64,000 nt of DNA from Parachlamydiales bacterium (GCA_050302075.1 JBNLAH010000001.1:100157-164156); one strand, 5' to 3'; shown: positions 10,645-21,294, numbered from the stretch's first letter. The notes: generated by a model not told the origin, from the sequence alone. Program-made: numbers and translations.

Positions 10645-11405
10645 AAAACAAAAACATTAATAATTTGTGAAATAAAATAAACACATGCAATTGAAATACC
10701 GAAAATTCCAAGTAACCAAATTAAAGATGACATAATTTCAGTCTTTTCTTTTTTTGAAGCTACTAAAATTGTTAGTGTTACCATAAAAGCACCAGATATG
10801 TATATCCCATATTGTGGAAGTATTATTATTGATCCACAAATAGCTAAAAAAGTGAAAAAGACCCCCATTAAAGAGAAAAGTGCATGCTTTAAAGGGTGTT
10901 CAAAAGAACTTAAGGTTAGTCCCATTTCTTCTTCCAACATTACCTGGAGTAGACGATTATCATCAGCCATTAATACTTCTACAACATCTTGCAATAACTT
11001 ACCTGAAAACCCTTTTGCTTTGTATAAAGCTTCTAGCTCTTGTTTTTCTTGATCGCGATGATGTTCTATCTCCCACTTTTCTTCCTTTATAAGACGGTTT
11101 AATCTTTGCAGCCTTAACCATCCTAGAAAGGCGCTTCTCCCAGCTGACCAAATCATCCATCCAAAAGATAGAAAAATATATATATATAAAATTTGTGATG
11201 TTGGAACTCGCATAGCTTGCATGGAGACCCAAAGTAAAATCAAAAGAGCTGAAGTTTCCTTTATGCTATACAAAAGCTCTCCCATATGACCTGGTATTTC
11301 CAAGCCATGCGATTCGCTGGTAGCTATCTGACCTTTTATTCTAGCATCAATAACATGTCCAAGTGCATCTTTTCCCTTAAAATGATCTGCAAAATTATCT
11401 GGCAT
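10641..11405 (-). CDS. VIT1/CCC1 family membrane protein
   Basis: Glu-rich E..E..EL..LY..KG..G segment and EEEMG between TM helices; start placed at the ATG overlapping the serS stop. Confidence 0.8.
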   Translation of the reverse strand: MPDNFADHFKGKDALGHVIDARIKGQIATSESHGLEIPGHMGELLYSIKETSALLILLWVSMQAMRVPTSQILYIYIFLSFGWMIWSAGRSAFLGWLRLQRLNRLIKEEKWEIEHHRDQEKQELEALYKAKGFSGKLLQDVVEVLMADDNRLLQVMLEEEMGLTLSSFEHPLKHALFSLMGVFFTFLAICGSIIILPQYGIYISGAFMVTLTILVASKKEKTEIMSSLIWLLGIFGISIACVYFISQIINVFVL

Positions 11406-12693
11406 GCTCTTTTTCCTTATGTGCTGCTTTAATCTCACTTAAATTTAAATAAGGCTGTAGTGCTTTTGGAATATATATAGATCCATCTTCTCTCTGATGG
11501 TTTTCTAAAAATGATACAATAAGTCTTGATGTAGCAACTCCAGAGCCATTTAAAGTATTAACATAGTTAGGTTTTTCATTTTTGTCACGATAACGAATTT
11601 TAGAGCGTCGAGCTTGGAAATCGGTGCAATTTGATACAGAAGATACTTCATAGTATCTGTTCTGGCCAGGTAACCACACTTCAACGTCTATTGTTTTAGC
11701 TGACGCAAATGACATATCTGATGTTACTAAAAGCATATTTCTATAGTGAAGCTCAAGTCCTTGTAAAACTTCCTCTGCACTTTTTAACATTTTATTGAAA
11801 AATGTTTCACTATCTTCAGGCTTTGTAATACAAAATAGCTCAACTTTATTAAACTGGTGTGTTCTGATTAGCCCTCTTTCTTTTTCTCCAGCAGCCCCGG
11901 CTTCTCTTCTAAAGCAAGGTGTATAACTAACATATTGCTTTGGTAGATTACAGCTATCAATTATTTCATCATAATGCAGGCCATTAAGCGCTGCTTCGGC
12001 AGTCGGTATTAAGTAAAGTTGAAAATCATCATCATTTATTTTGAATAACTGGTCTTCAAATTTTGGCAGATGTGCTGAGCCTAACATGATATCTGGCTTG
12101 ACGAGAAGGGGAGGAATGATTTGGCAAAATCCATTCTTGCGATGAATGTCTAACATGTAGTTCAAAAGAGCCCACTCAAGTTGAGCGCCAACACCAGTGT
12201 AAACAGGCCACCCAGAACCAGACAGCTTTGCTCCTCTGCTAAAGTCAAATAGATTAAGATTGTCACTTAGTTCAATATGGTTTTTAGGGGGAAATTCAAA
12301 TTGTCTCTTTTCTCCATGCTCAAAAATGCATACATTATCGTTCGGACTATCTGATATTGGGATGTCATCCATGGGAATGTTAGGTAGATAGTCAAAGATG
12401 TTGTTAAATGAAATCTTAAGATTTTCTAGCTCTTCTTCTAATTTAGAAATTTCTAGGTTAATCGCAATAACGTCCTCTTTTAAAGAAGATGCATCTTTTT
12501 TTTGAGCAAGAATTTTACCGATTTCCTTTGAAGTTGTATTGCGCTTAAATTTAAGTTCTTCAACTTTTAACTGGATTGACTTGATCTTTTTATCAACATC
12601 TAATAAAGCTGATATATCAACACTTGGATCCTTTGTCTTAAGCTTTTTTTCTATCTCAGTAGGATTTTCTCGAACAGACTTGATATCTAACAT
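11395..12693 (-). CDS. serS: Serine--tRNA ligase
   Basis: MLDIK start, LIPTAE, FRREAG, HQFNKVE, EVSSVSNC and TLNGSG motifs. Confidence 0.98.
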   Translation of the reverse strand: MLDIKSVRENPTEIEKKLKTKDPSVDISALLDVDKKIKSIQLKVEELKFKRNTTSKEIGKILAQKKDASSLKEDVIAINLEISKLEEELENLKISFNNIFDYLPNIPMDDIPISDSPNDNVCIFEHGEKRQFEFPPKNHIELSDNLNLFDFSRGAKLSGSGWPVYTGVGAQLEWALLNYMLDIHRKNGFCQIIPPLLVKPDIMLGSAHLPKFEDQLFKINDDDFQLYLIPTAEAALNGLHYDEIIDSCNLPKQYVSYTPCFRREAGAAGEKERGLIRTHQFNKVELFCITKPEDSETFFNKMLKSAEEVLQGLELHYRNMLLVTSDMSFASAKTIDVEVWLPGQNRYYEVSSVSNCTDFQARRSKIRYRDKNEKPNYVNTLNGSGVATSRLIVSFLENHQREDGSIYIPKALQPYLNLSEIKAAHKEKEHAR

Positions 12694-13046
12694 AACATAC
12701 TCACTTTTGAATAAGAAGAATACAATTGAAACTAAAAATATTAAAGTCTCAAAGACCTTAATGTGAAATCTATAGTTAGTTTTGGATTTTGCAAACTTGG
12801 TTAATGTCATCCATAACAAACTTTATAGAAGATTAATTTTAAATATTCTATTTTTTTTAAGAAAGAAGTTTTTAGAAGGTAATATTTTGTTGAAAATTCT
12901 AGTTTTAATTTTTAGCTTAATCAAAATTATTATAGGATAAATGAAAACAACAGCTATATTTTCTCGAAAAATCAATAATTAATTTTTTCACCTCTTGAAA
13001 CCGATCTGAATATTTGGTAGCATTTTATAAAAAAATAAGGACTTTC

Positions 13047-14162
13047 ATGAAAGCAAAACTCCCAGAAGCTAAAAACCCTTTAATACTACGGTTTCATCGT
13101 TTGATGGATGCATTTACAAAGTCTGATGATGAGCGAGACTTTTATTTAGATGCCGTTGAGGGGTTTATTGTTTATTCTGACTTAGACAAGAGTGAAGAAG
13201 AACTGAAGCAGTTAGAACTAGAAATTGAGGGAAACTCAGAAAGATATTACTTGATACCAAAAATGACTTTCTACGAAGTCAAGAAGTTCATGGAAGGATT
13301 TGTTAATGAAAAAATTTATGATATAGACACTAAAGAAAAATTACTAGACATTATCGGAGCTAAAGATTCTCGTGAAAATTTTTTAGAGTTTATTTATGAC
13401 CACTTAACGGAACTTGAAAAATGGCAACAATACTACCAAGAACGTTCTAGAATAAGAATCATTGAGTGGTTGAGATCTCAAAATATACATTTTGTTTTTG
13501 AAGAAGATCTAGACATCGGCGTTAGCGTTTTGGAGAAAACTAAAAGAATGTTGTTTGAAGCTAAGGTTCCAAAAGATGTTTCACAAGCAAGAGAATTGAT
13601 TAAGTCTAAAGCAAAAACTTATTATTCAAACGAAGCCCTAAACCCAAGACCAAAAAGGGGAAGGCCACCGAAACAGCAAGTTAAAGTTGAGATTGAACCA
13701 CAATTTACTGTCGATATTTATTCTACAGTTCCAAAGTCAATTAGGCCTTTTTTATATATTCCAGATATTAGAAGTCCTGCAGCGGTAACATTCTCAGCTA
13801 AATTTGAAACAGAAGAAAAGCTTTTAGCTTATCTGAGAGGCACTCCTAGAGAAAAAGTCGATGAAAGACTTGAGGCTCTATCTGAACGACTAGAATCCTT
13901 AAGGCATTTGTCTGATCGTTTAGCTGGTAAAGAAAAAGCTTTAGGAATCGAGCCTTTAAAAATTCATTTTACCCCAAGCCCAATGCCAAAAGTCAAAAAA
14001 ACAGTTGGCGAGGTTGGAGGGAAGAGGATAGGAGCTGCATTTGAAGGGGCTATAACAGGAGAGAAGGAAGAGAAGGAAGAGCCTTCCGAAGTATTTACAC
14101 CTCAAAAACGTAGAGGTGGGGCGGTTCGTAAAGTAACTCCTATAAAGAAGAAAAAGCAATAA
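13047..14162 (+). CDS. UPF0158 family protein, conserved in chlamydiae
   Basis: KSDDERDFYLD..EG and EKWQQYYQER..IIEWL; SD AAGGA before ATG at 13047. Confidence 0.8.
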   Translation: MKAKLPEAKNPLILRFHRLMDAFTKSDDERDFYLDAVEGFIVYSDLDKSEEELKQLELEIEGNSERYYLIPKMTFYEVKKFMEGFVNEKIYDIDTKEKLLDIIGAKDSRENFLEFIYDHLTELEKWQQYYQERSRIRIIEWLRSQNIHFVFEEDLDIGVSVLEKTKRMLFEAKVPKDVSQARELIKSKAKTYYSNEALNPRPKRGRPPKQQVKVEIEPQFTVDIYSTVPKSIRPFLYIPDIRSPAAVTFSAKFETEEKLLAYLRGTPREKVDERLEALSERLESLRHLSDRLAGKEKALGIEPLKIHFTPSPMPKVKKTVGEVGGKRIGAAFEGAITGEKEEKEEPSEVFTPQKRRGGAVRKVTPIKKKKQ

Positions 14163-14218
14163 GTTTATTCCTTTTAAATTTTAAGGTAGTTATCATTTAG
14201 GGCAAAAAATACCTGTAT

Positions 14219-16231
14219 ATGAGCACAACAATACCGGCAGTAGACCAGGAACTTGCTATTAAAATTTTGACTTCCATGTATAGAACCAGATACATGGATT
14301 TAAAAATGACCAAACTAGTAAGGCAGAACAAAGGTGGGACATTTCATTTATCTGTTATAGGACATGAAATGATTGGAGCAGTCTCTGGGAGCCTTTTAAA
14401 ACCTGGAAAAGACTGGGGGTTTCCATATTATCGAGATCGTGCTTTTGCTATTGCTTTAGGATGCTCTGATGAAGAGCTTTTATCATCTTTTTTAGCAAGA
14501 GACATCGAATATCATTCTGGTGGCAGAATGATGCCTGAACATTTTGTGCAGCCAAAACTTAGAATTCCTTGCCAGTCCAGCTGCGTTGGATCTCAATTTT
14601 TACATGCTGTAGGAGTAGCTCTTGGGATAAAACTAAGAGATGCTGATGAGATTGTTTATGTGTCAGCAGGGGATGGAGCTACCTCCCAAGGTGATTTTCA
14701 TGAAGCTTTGAATTTTTCATGTATTCACAAATTACCAATTGTGTTTGTAATTCAAGATAACGACTTAGCGATTTCTGTAACTAAAAAAGAGCAAACAGCC
14801 GGTAGTTCAATTTCAAAAATGATTTCAGGATACGAAGGTCTGTCAGTTTATGAAGTCGATGGCTGTAACTACCTCGAGACTCTCCATCATTTAAAATTAG
14901 CTGTAGATGAAGCTAGAACAAATCAAACGCCAAGTGTTGTAATAGCTAAAGTTCCTCGTATTGCAGCTCATAGTAGCAGTGATGATCCATCAAAATACCG
15001 TAAAAAAGAAGATATTGAGAAAGATAATGAAAAAGATCCAATTTTGCTTTTTGAGAATTTCATTATAGACCAAGAAATCTTGACTCTCGAAGAACTGGAA
15101 AACTTAAAAGAAACAATCAAACAAAATATAGAAGAAGCAGCCCAAAAGTCAGATCAAACCCCGCATCCTAGTCCATCGACAGCTGACAGCTTAGTATATA
15201 AAGAATTTAATGAAGTTGATCATTTAGACGAGAGAGATGAAGATGTCGTTATGATGGATGGTTTAAACCACGCTCTTATCGAAGAAATGAAAAAAGATTC
15301 GGGTGTAGTTGTCTTTGGTCAAGACGTTGCTCGTGGAAAAGGGGGAGTCTTTGGCATTACAAAGAATCTAACAGATCTATTTGGGTCCTATCGTTGCTTT
15401 AACACCCCATTAGCAGAATCTACAATAGTGGGAGTTGCAATTGGTTTGTCATTTGATGGATTTCATAAACCTGTAGCTGAAATACAATTCGCAGATTATT
15501 CTTGGACAGCTATGAACCAGATAATAAATGAACTTTCAAGTATACATTATCGATCAAAAGGGATTAATAACTGCCCCGTAGTAATCCGAATGCCTTTTGG
15601 TGGGTATATCCAAGGAGGTCCTTATCACTCTCAAAGTATCGAGGGATATCTAGCTCATTGTCCCGGTTTAAAGATTGCAATTCCAAGTAACGCTTCCGAT
15701 GCAAAAAGATTGTTAAAGACTGCAATCAGAGATCCAAACCCTGTTATCTTCTTTGAACATAAGGGCCTTTATCGACAAAGGGCATTTTGTGCTAAAAAGG
15801 AGCCATCTGATAACTCTTATCTTCCATTTGGTAAAGCAAATATTGTAAAAAAAGGATCTGATGTCACAGTTGTAGCTTGGGGAATGATGGTGATGATGGT
15901 TGCAGAAATCGCCGAGAAGTTAAAGAAAGAAAATATTTTTATTGAAGTTATAGACCTTAGAACTATTGTACCCTTAGATATGGATACAGTCATATCCTCT
16001 TTAAAGAAAACAGGAAAATTAATGATTGTACACGAAGCTGCCAAATGCTGTGGCTTTGGCGCAGAAATTGCTGCACTTGCAAATGAAGCCGCTTTTCAAT
16101 ATCTAGATGCCCCTATAGTAAGGATAACTGGTAAGGATTGTCCTGTGCCATATAGTAAAATACTTGAAAATGAGGTCCTTCCGCAAAAACAAGACATCGA
16201 AGATGCAATAAAGCGTCTTAGTTCTTATTAA
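14219..16231 (+). CDS. Branched-chain 2-oxoacid dehydrogenase E1, fused alpha and beta subunits
   Basis: TPP motif GDGATSQGDFHEALN, HSSSDD, FNTPLAES, EIQFADY, HSQS. Confidence 0.93.
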   Translation: MSTTIPAVDQELAIKILTSMYRTRYMDLKMTKLVRQNKGGTFHLSVIGHEMIGAVSGSLLKPGKDWGFPYYRDRAFAIALGCSDEELLSSFLARDIEYHSGGRMMPEHFVQPKLRIPCQSSCVGSQFLHAVGVALGIKLRDADEIVYVSAGDGATSQGDFHEALNFSCIHKLPIVFVIQDNDLAISVTKKEQTAGSSISKMISGYEGLSVYEVDGCNYLETLHHLKLAVDEARTNQTPSVVIAKVPRIAAHSSSDDPSKYRKKEDIEKDNEKDPILLFENFIIDQEILTLEELENLKETIKQNIEEAAQKSDQTPHPSPSTADSLVYKEFNEVDHLDERDEDVVMMDGLNHALIEEMKKDSGVVVFGQDVARGKGGVFGITKNLTDLFGSYRCFNTPLAESTIVGVAIGLSFDGFHKPVAEIQFADYSWTAMNQIINELSSIHYRSKGINNCPVVIRMPFGGYIQGGPYHSQSIEGYLAHCPGLKIAIPSNASDAKRLLKTAIRDPNPVIFFEHKGLYRQRAFCAKKEPSDNSYLPFGKANIVKKGSDVTVVAWGMMVMMVAEIAEKLKKENIFIEVIDLRTIVPLDMDTVISSLKKTGKLMIVHEAAKCCGFGAEIAALANEAAFQYLDAPIVRITGKDCPVPYSKILENEVLPQKQDIEDAIKRLSSY

Positions 16232-16599
16232 TTTTGTCTAACTCGTTTTTTTCTAATTCTAATATTTTTGCTATTTCTCTTTTCTTCAAAATGGATAAGG
16301 TTAACTTCTCTCGCAGTTTTATTTATAAACTTACTATTTAGCCTCTCAAATTTTCTTAGTTTGTTTCGTATTTTAACCGAAGCTGAGTTTAAATTGGGTT
16401 TTTTAATTTCATTGCATTTGTTTTTAAATTCACTATCCATTTGAATTAAACGAGCTATTAATTTCTCTTGTATATTTTGTAGTGAATCAATCTCTTCTTT
16501 GACAATTTCAGTATTTGAAAACCTATTCATTGTTTGGGCATTAACTATAAGTTTTTCAATTGTAGTATTCATTTCAGATAATATTTCTTGTGCAAACAC
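16228..16599 (-). CDS. Hypothetical helical protein with basic C-terminus
   Basis: 123-aa ORF, GTG start with SD AGGAG, TTGACA-17-AAGAAT upstream. Confidence 0.65.
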   Translation of the reverse strand: MFAQEILSEMNTTIEKLIVNAQTMNRFSNTEIVKEEIDSLQNIQEKLIARLIQMDSEFKNKCNEIKKPNLNSASVKIRNKLRKFERLNSKFINKTAREVNLIHFEEKRNSKNIRIRKKRVRQN

Positions 16600-16812
16600 T
16601 TTTAACTCCTAAAAACATAATATTTCCTCATTCTTTTAAAGACTTATTAATTTGTCAATTTATTATTAATAAAGCATGTAAGACATATATCTAAATATAA
16701 AAGAAAAACAATTTCAGAAATGCTTCTCAATAAGGTTTTTCTTTTGAAAAAAAAATAATGAAACTATTTTTTAAAATTTGCTAAAATGATGACTTTTTAT
16801 TTATTTAGAAAC

Positions 16813-17586
16813 ATGCATGGCTTTATACCGCTAGCTTCAGGCTCAAAAGGAAACTGTATCTATTTAGGAACTTTTCAAACTAAAGTTCTTATTGATGCTG
16901 GAATATCTGCAAAGGCAATTCAAACTAGATTAGCTCAAATTGAAGTTGATATGTCTGATATTGATGCAATAATAATAACTCATGATCATTTTGATCATAT
17001 TCAAGGATTAAAAGTTATAGCTAAAAAATTTCAGATTCCTGTTTTTTGTAATTTTGAGACAGCTAAAGGAATATGTGAAACTTTAAAAATTCAACCTAAG
17101 TTTAAAATTTTTACCACAAATGAGAGATTTGAGTACAAAGACTTAGCAGTTCAGTCTTTTAGTGTAAAGCATGATACGCTAGATCCTGTTGGTTTTACTA
17201 TTTCATACAATGGCTTAAAAATAGGTATATGTACCGATATAGGAGTTGTCACGACTAGCGTAATTAATCAACTGACTGGGTGTGACTATTTATATGTAGA
17301 ATCAAATCATCACCCTGATTTGGTATTGTCTTCACTACGGCCTGTTGTTTATAAAAAAAGAGTCTTGGGTAAATTTGGGCATTTGTCAAACCAAGAATGT
17401 GTATATCTTCTTTCAAATGTTATATCAGATAAATTGAAGCATATTTTTTTGGCTCATTTGTCTAAGGAATGTAATAATGAAGATCTAGCTTTGAAAACCG
17501 TTGAAGAGTTCTTAAAAGAAAAAAATCATAAAGCCTCGGTTTCTATAGCAAAACAAGACACAGTCTCCAACAAAATTGAATTTTAA
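16813..17586 (+). CDS. MBL-fold metallo-hydrolase, YycJ/WalJ-like
   Basis: LASGSKGN, THDHFDH, ESNH, GHLSN and LAHLS motifs. Confidence 0.9.
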   Translation: MHGFIPLASGSKGNCIYLGTFQTKVLIDAGISAKAIQTRLAQIEVDMSDIDAIIITHDHFDHIQGLKVIAKKFQIPVFCNFETAKGICETLKIQPKFKIFTTNERFEYKDLAVQSFSVKHDTLDPVGFTISYNGLKIGICTDIGVVTTSVINQLTGCDYLYVESNHHPDLVLSSLRPVVYKKRVLGKFGHLSNQECVYLLSNVISDKLKHIFLAHLSKECNNEDLALKTVEEFLKEKNHKASVSIAKQDTVSNKIEF

Positions 17587-18914
17587 ATGGAAATAGTCAA
17601 ACCATCAAAAGCATAACTTACATGGCAAGAAATATTGCTCTCTTTTAAGGTTGACCTATGAAAAAATTGCTTTTGGATTAAAAATTTATCATCATGTTGA
17701 GGGTCGTGATGTGTCACAATCCATTCTGGAACTTTTGTGTATTTTAAAAGTACTGATGCATTAGGAATAGAGGAATGTCCCCAGCCAATTTTGTTTTTAT
17801 ACTCATCACTAGTATATTGAGCTTCATGGATTAATAAATCACATTCGCTAAAAAATTCAATCAGACTTCGGTGTGGGTCTAATATTGGACTGGATAATTT
17901 AATATCATTCGGATGTCCAGTATATCCCATGAGTACTTCGTTATCTGTTGCATAGCCTATTATCTGATTTTTAGTATAAACTTTGAAGCAATAGGTCATT
18001 CCTGGATGAAAAGTAAAATGAAAGTCGATTTTTAGATTTTTTGTAAGCTTTATAGGGGTTCTATCATGAATTTCGTGGAATTTAATATTAGCTTGGACCT
18101 CATCTAGGCGGATAGGGAAAAATTCATATGCAAGAAGATCTGTAAAAAGATCTTTGGTCATTCTTCCAAAACCTCTTGGAGCCCAGATATTTATCTCGTA
18201 TTTTGATTGATATAACGGTTCAAAAAATGGAAACCCAATGATATGGTCCCAATGCGTATGTCCTAGAAAAAGATGAATTTTTTTGATTTTGGTCTCTAAT
18301 AATTCAAACCCAAGCTGCCTGATGCCAGTTCCTGCGTCAATGATAATTAACTGATCTTCTTGTTTTATTTCTAAACAACAAGTATTTCCTCCGTATCTTG
18401 CGTACTCAGCGCCTGCAACAGTAATTGATCCTCTAGTTCCCCAAAATTTTATATATGATGAAATAGAAGGCAATTCTGGCTTGTATTGTTTTAATGGTTG
18501 CTTTTTTATAACTTTTGGAAAGGGGGTAGGTTTTAACTTTCCCTCGAAAAACAAGTTAATAAGATTAAAAAAGTGAGAAATTAAAAATGGCCTGACTAGA
18601 AAATAGTCAACATTAGCTTCTATTGCAGCATGATAATCCTGGATCATCTGCTTTGAAGTAACAATTATTACCCCAATATTTTTTAACTTAAGATTATTTC
18701 TAATTGTAGTTAGGATCTCAATTCCATGAATTTGAGGCAGCATCAATTTTAAAATCAATAAATCAGGCTTAAAGGATTTGATTTTTTTTAAGCATTCAGG
18801 CCCATTTTTTGCGTATTGAACTTGATACTTAGAAATTTCTTTTGAGTTGGAAATTTTTTTTGTCCAATATACAGAATCATCTGCTATTAGGATTTTTTTT
18901 TTACGCATTTGCAT
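17583..18914 (-). CDS. Atypical receiver domain fused to an MBL-fold hydrolase
   Basis: N-terminal ILIADD..PDLLILKLMLP..G; C-terminal WGTRGS, YGGNT, HTHWDH, HPG, WGHS and HHDP. Confidence 0.88.
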   Translation of the reverse strand: MQMRKKKILIADDSVYWTKKISNSKEISKYQVQYAKNGPECLKKIKSFKPDLLILKLMLPQIHGIEILTTIRNNLKLKNIGVIIVTSKQMIQDYHAAIEANVDYFLVRPFLISHFFNLINLFFEGKLKPTPFPKVIKKQPLKQYKPELPSISSYIKFWGTRGSITVAGAEYARYGGNTCCLEIKQEDQLIIIDAGTGIRQLGFELLETKIKKIHLFLGHTHWDHIIGFPFFEPLYQSKYEINIWAPRGFGRMTKDLFTDLLAYEFFPIRLDEVQANIKFHEIHDRTPIKLTKNLKIDFHFTFHPGMTYCFKVYTKNQIIGYATDNEVLMGYTGHPNDIKLSSPILDPHRSLIEFFSECDLLIHEAQYTSDEYKNKIGWGHSSIPNASVLLKYTKVPEWIVTHHDPQHDDKFLIQKQFFHRSTLKESNISCHVSYAFDGLTISI

Positions 18915-19014
18915 TTTAATGCTAATAGTTACCTTAGTTCGGATACTATCAACAAACTATTTAAATGTGAACAAAATCGCAGGTGCTCTAGGTTTATCCT
19001 TAAAGAGATTCAGG

Positions 19015-21294
19015 TCATGAATTTAAGTCAGAAGGCTCTAAAAGAACTCTTCTTGGCTTACTGCCTTCTGGGGGACTGATAACCCCATTTTCTTCGAGCT
19101 CATCCATTAAAGATGCGGCTCTCGCATATCCAATTTTTAGTTTTCTTTGGAGATAGGTCGTTGAAGCACTATTGGATTGGACTACAATTCTTAACGCCTC
19201 GTCATAAAGTTCATCCTTTGGATTATTTCCTAAAAGTGCATCATCTTTTTTTATAGCATCAAAGGATTTGATGAGATAATTGGGAGGGGATTGAGAACAA
19301 ATCACTTCAATACACTGATTAATGTCTGCATCACTTATGAAAGCTCCTTGCGCTCTGACTAAAGTAGAAGTGCCAGGAGGTAAAAACAACATATCACCAT
19401 TCCCCAAAAGTCCTTCTGCGCCAGTTTCATCTAGAATAATTTGAGAGTTAATTCTATTGGCTACTTTAAATGAAATTCGAGTAGGAATATTTGCTTTAAT
19501 AATTCCTGTAATAACTTCCCTTGAAGGTCTTTGAGTTGCTAATACTAGGTGAATTCCTACAGCTCGTGCCATCTGAGCTATCCTAGCGATAGGAGTTTCA
19601 ATATCTGAGCTAGATACCATCATCAAGTCTGCAAATTCATCAATGATACACACAATGAAAGGAAGCTTGTCTGGGATGCTCTCGTCTTCGTCGCTTTTTC
19701 TTTTTCGACTATTAAATGAACCTATATTTCTAAGTGATAGCTTTTTTAATATGTCATATCTTGATTGCATTTCAGCTACCAGCCACTGTAGAGCAGCATA
19801 AGCACCATGTGGCTCAGAAATTACAGGAGCAATCATATGTGGTAGAGAAGAATATTGTGTTAGCTCAACTTTCTTAGGGTCAATCATCACTAACTTCACA
19901 TCACTGGGCTTAGAGGTCATTAAAATTGACATAACTAAGGTGTTAATACATACTGATTTACCCGATCCTGTAGCCCCTGCAATCAAGCAATGAGGCATTT
20001 TTGTTAGATCGGCAATTACATTATCGCCACTAACCGTTTTCCCTAAAATAAGTGGGATATTTAATTTTCTAGGCTGGCTCTGGTAAAATTGCAGCATTTC
20101 TTTAAAATTAACTTCCTGAGGATGGACAGAAGGAATTTCAACACCGACAGCTGCCTTTCCTGGGATTGGTGCAATAATTCTAACCGATTTTGCCTGTAAA
20201 TTAAGCGCAATATCATTTTCTAACGCTTTGATTTTTTGAACTTTTACACCAACAGGAGGTTGAACCTCGAATGAAGTAATTGTAGGGCCGCAATGAATAG
20301 CGCCTACTTTTCCCTCAATCCCAAAACTTAAAAGTGCATTTTCTAAAATCATAGCTTGGTTTTTTAGGTCTTTCTTTAATGTAGGTTGGTCGACTGGCTT
20401 TTTGTCAGTTAAAAATGATGCAGGCGGGATAGTGTAATTTCTGCAGCCCTCTTGATGCAGTTTCATTGGAATGATTTTTTTTACAGGGGGCTTGTGAGTT
20501 TTTTGAATTTTATTAACCTTTTCTTCAAGGGTATGAATGATAGGCTCTGATAAGATTGGGGCTTTTGGCTTTGGCTGTTTTATTTTTAGCTTTGACTTAG
20601 AAGGTTTTATGTCAGGTTTTGTCGGGCGTTCCTTCTTTTTTGCCATAAGAGAAAAAAACCCTTTAACAAGCATTACTATAGAGCTTACTAGAAATTTAAT
20701 AATTTTTCTTAATTGGGCTCTAGTTACTAATAAAAGAGATGTAGCAACTATAACTGAGAAAATGATTGTAAGTCCTGCATCACTTAACAAGCTTTTTAAA
20801 TTGAATAAAGGAAAATCCAAATATAAATAGTAAAGTGGAACTCCACCAAGATTAAATCTGTAATATGTAGTGAGCTTTGGATTATAAAGAGTTACTGATT
20901 CAGTAAAAAAATACATTTTATAGTCTGAAATTAAAGCAGAATTATTTTCAGCTAAAACATTTAGTAAAATACATGTGGATAGCAAAATAGTAGAAAATAA
21001 GAGTATCCGATATCCCTTTTTACCAAGTTCTTGGTCTTTAAAAAGTTTAAATGATATCAAAAATAAATACATACAAATGATATAAGACCCAAGTCCAAAC
21101 AGGAACTGTAATGAAATGGAAATAGAGTACCCTAAAATCCCAAGCCAGTTATTTTCAGGATTGTCTTGTGAAAAACTAATTAAAGACAAAAGTAAAAAGA
21201 GTCCTGAAAAAAATAAAATCAAAGCTTTTACTTCAGGATGCAACCCGCTTTTTTTTAACTTAGTAGTATTTTTCTTGTTCTTTTTTTTAGACAT
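19015..21294 (-). CDS. ftsK: DNA translocase FtsK
   Basis: N-terminal TM helices, GATGSGKS, IIDEFADLM, ATQRPS and the gamma domain LQRKLKIGYARA. Confidence 0.97.
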   Translation of the reverse strand: MSKKKNKKNTTKLKKSGLHPEVKALILFFSGLFLLLSLISFSQDNPENNWLGILGYSISISLQFLFGLGSYIICMYLFLISFKLFKDQELGKKGYRILLFSTILLSTCILLNVLAENNSALISDYKMYFFTESVTLYNPKLTTYYRFNLGGVPLYYLYLDFPLFNLKSLLSDAGLTIIFSVIVATSLLLVTRAQLRKIIKFLVSSIVMLVKGFFSLMAKKKERPTKPDIKPSKSKLKIKQPKPKAPILSEPIIHTLEEKVNKIQKTHKPPVKKIIPMKLHQEGCRNYTIPPASFLTDKKPVDQPTLKKDLKNQAMILENALLSFGIEGKVGAIHCGPTITSFEVQPPVGVKVQKIKALENDIALNLQAKSVRIIAPIPGKAAVGVEIPSVHPQEVNFKEMLQFYQSQPRKLNIPLILGKTVSGDNVIADLTKMPHCLIAGATGSGKSVCINTLVMSILMTSKPSDVKLVMIDPKKVELTQYSSLPHMIAPVISEPHGAYAALQWLVAEMQSRYDILKKLSLRNIGSFNSRKRKSDEDESIPDKLPFIVCIIDEFADLMMVSSSDIETPIARIAQMARAVGIHLVLATQRPSREVITGIIKANIPTRISFKVANRINSQIILDETGAEGLLGNGDMLFLPPGTSTLVRAQGAFISDADINQCIEVICSQSPPNYLIKSFDAIKKDDALLGNNPKDELYDEALRIVVQSNSASTTYLQRKLKIGYARAASLMDELEENGVISPPEGSKPRRVLLEPSDLNS

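Noticed and set aside
12694..12819. Hydrophobic N-terminal extension of serS suggesting a membrane anchor
   Set aside because: The canonical MLDIK start is at 12693; the extension is probably chance open frame in AT-rich promoter DNA
14219..16231. E1 alpha/beta fusion as a novelty
   Set aside because: Known in chlamydiae and other bacteria
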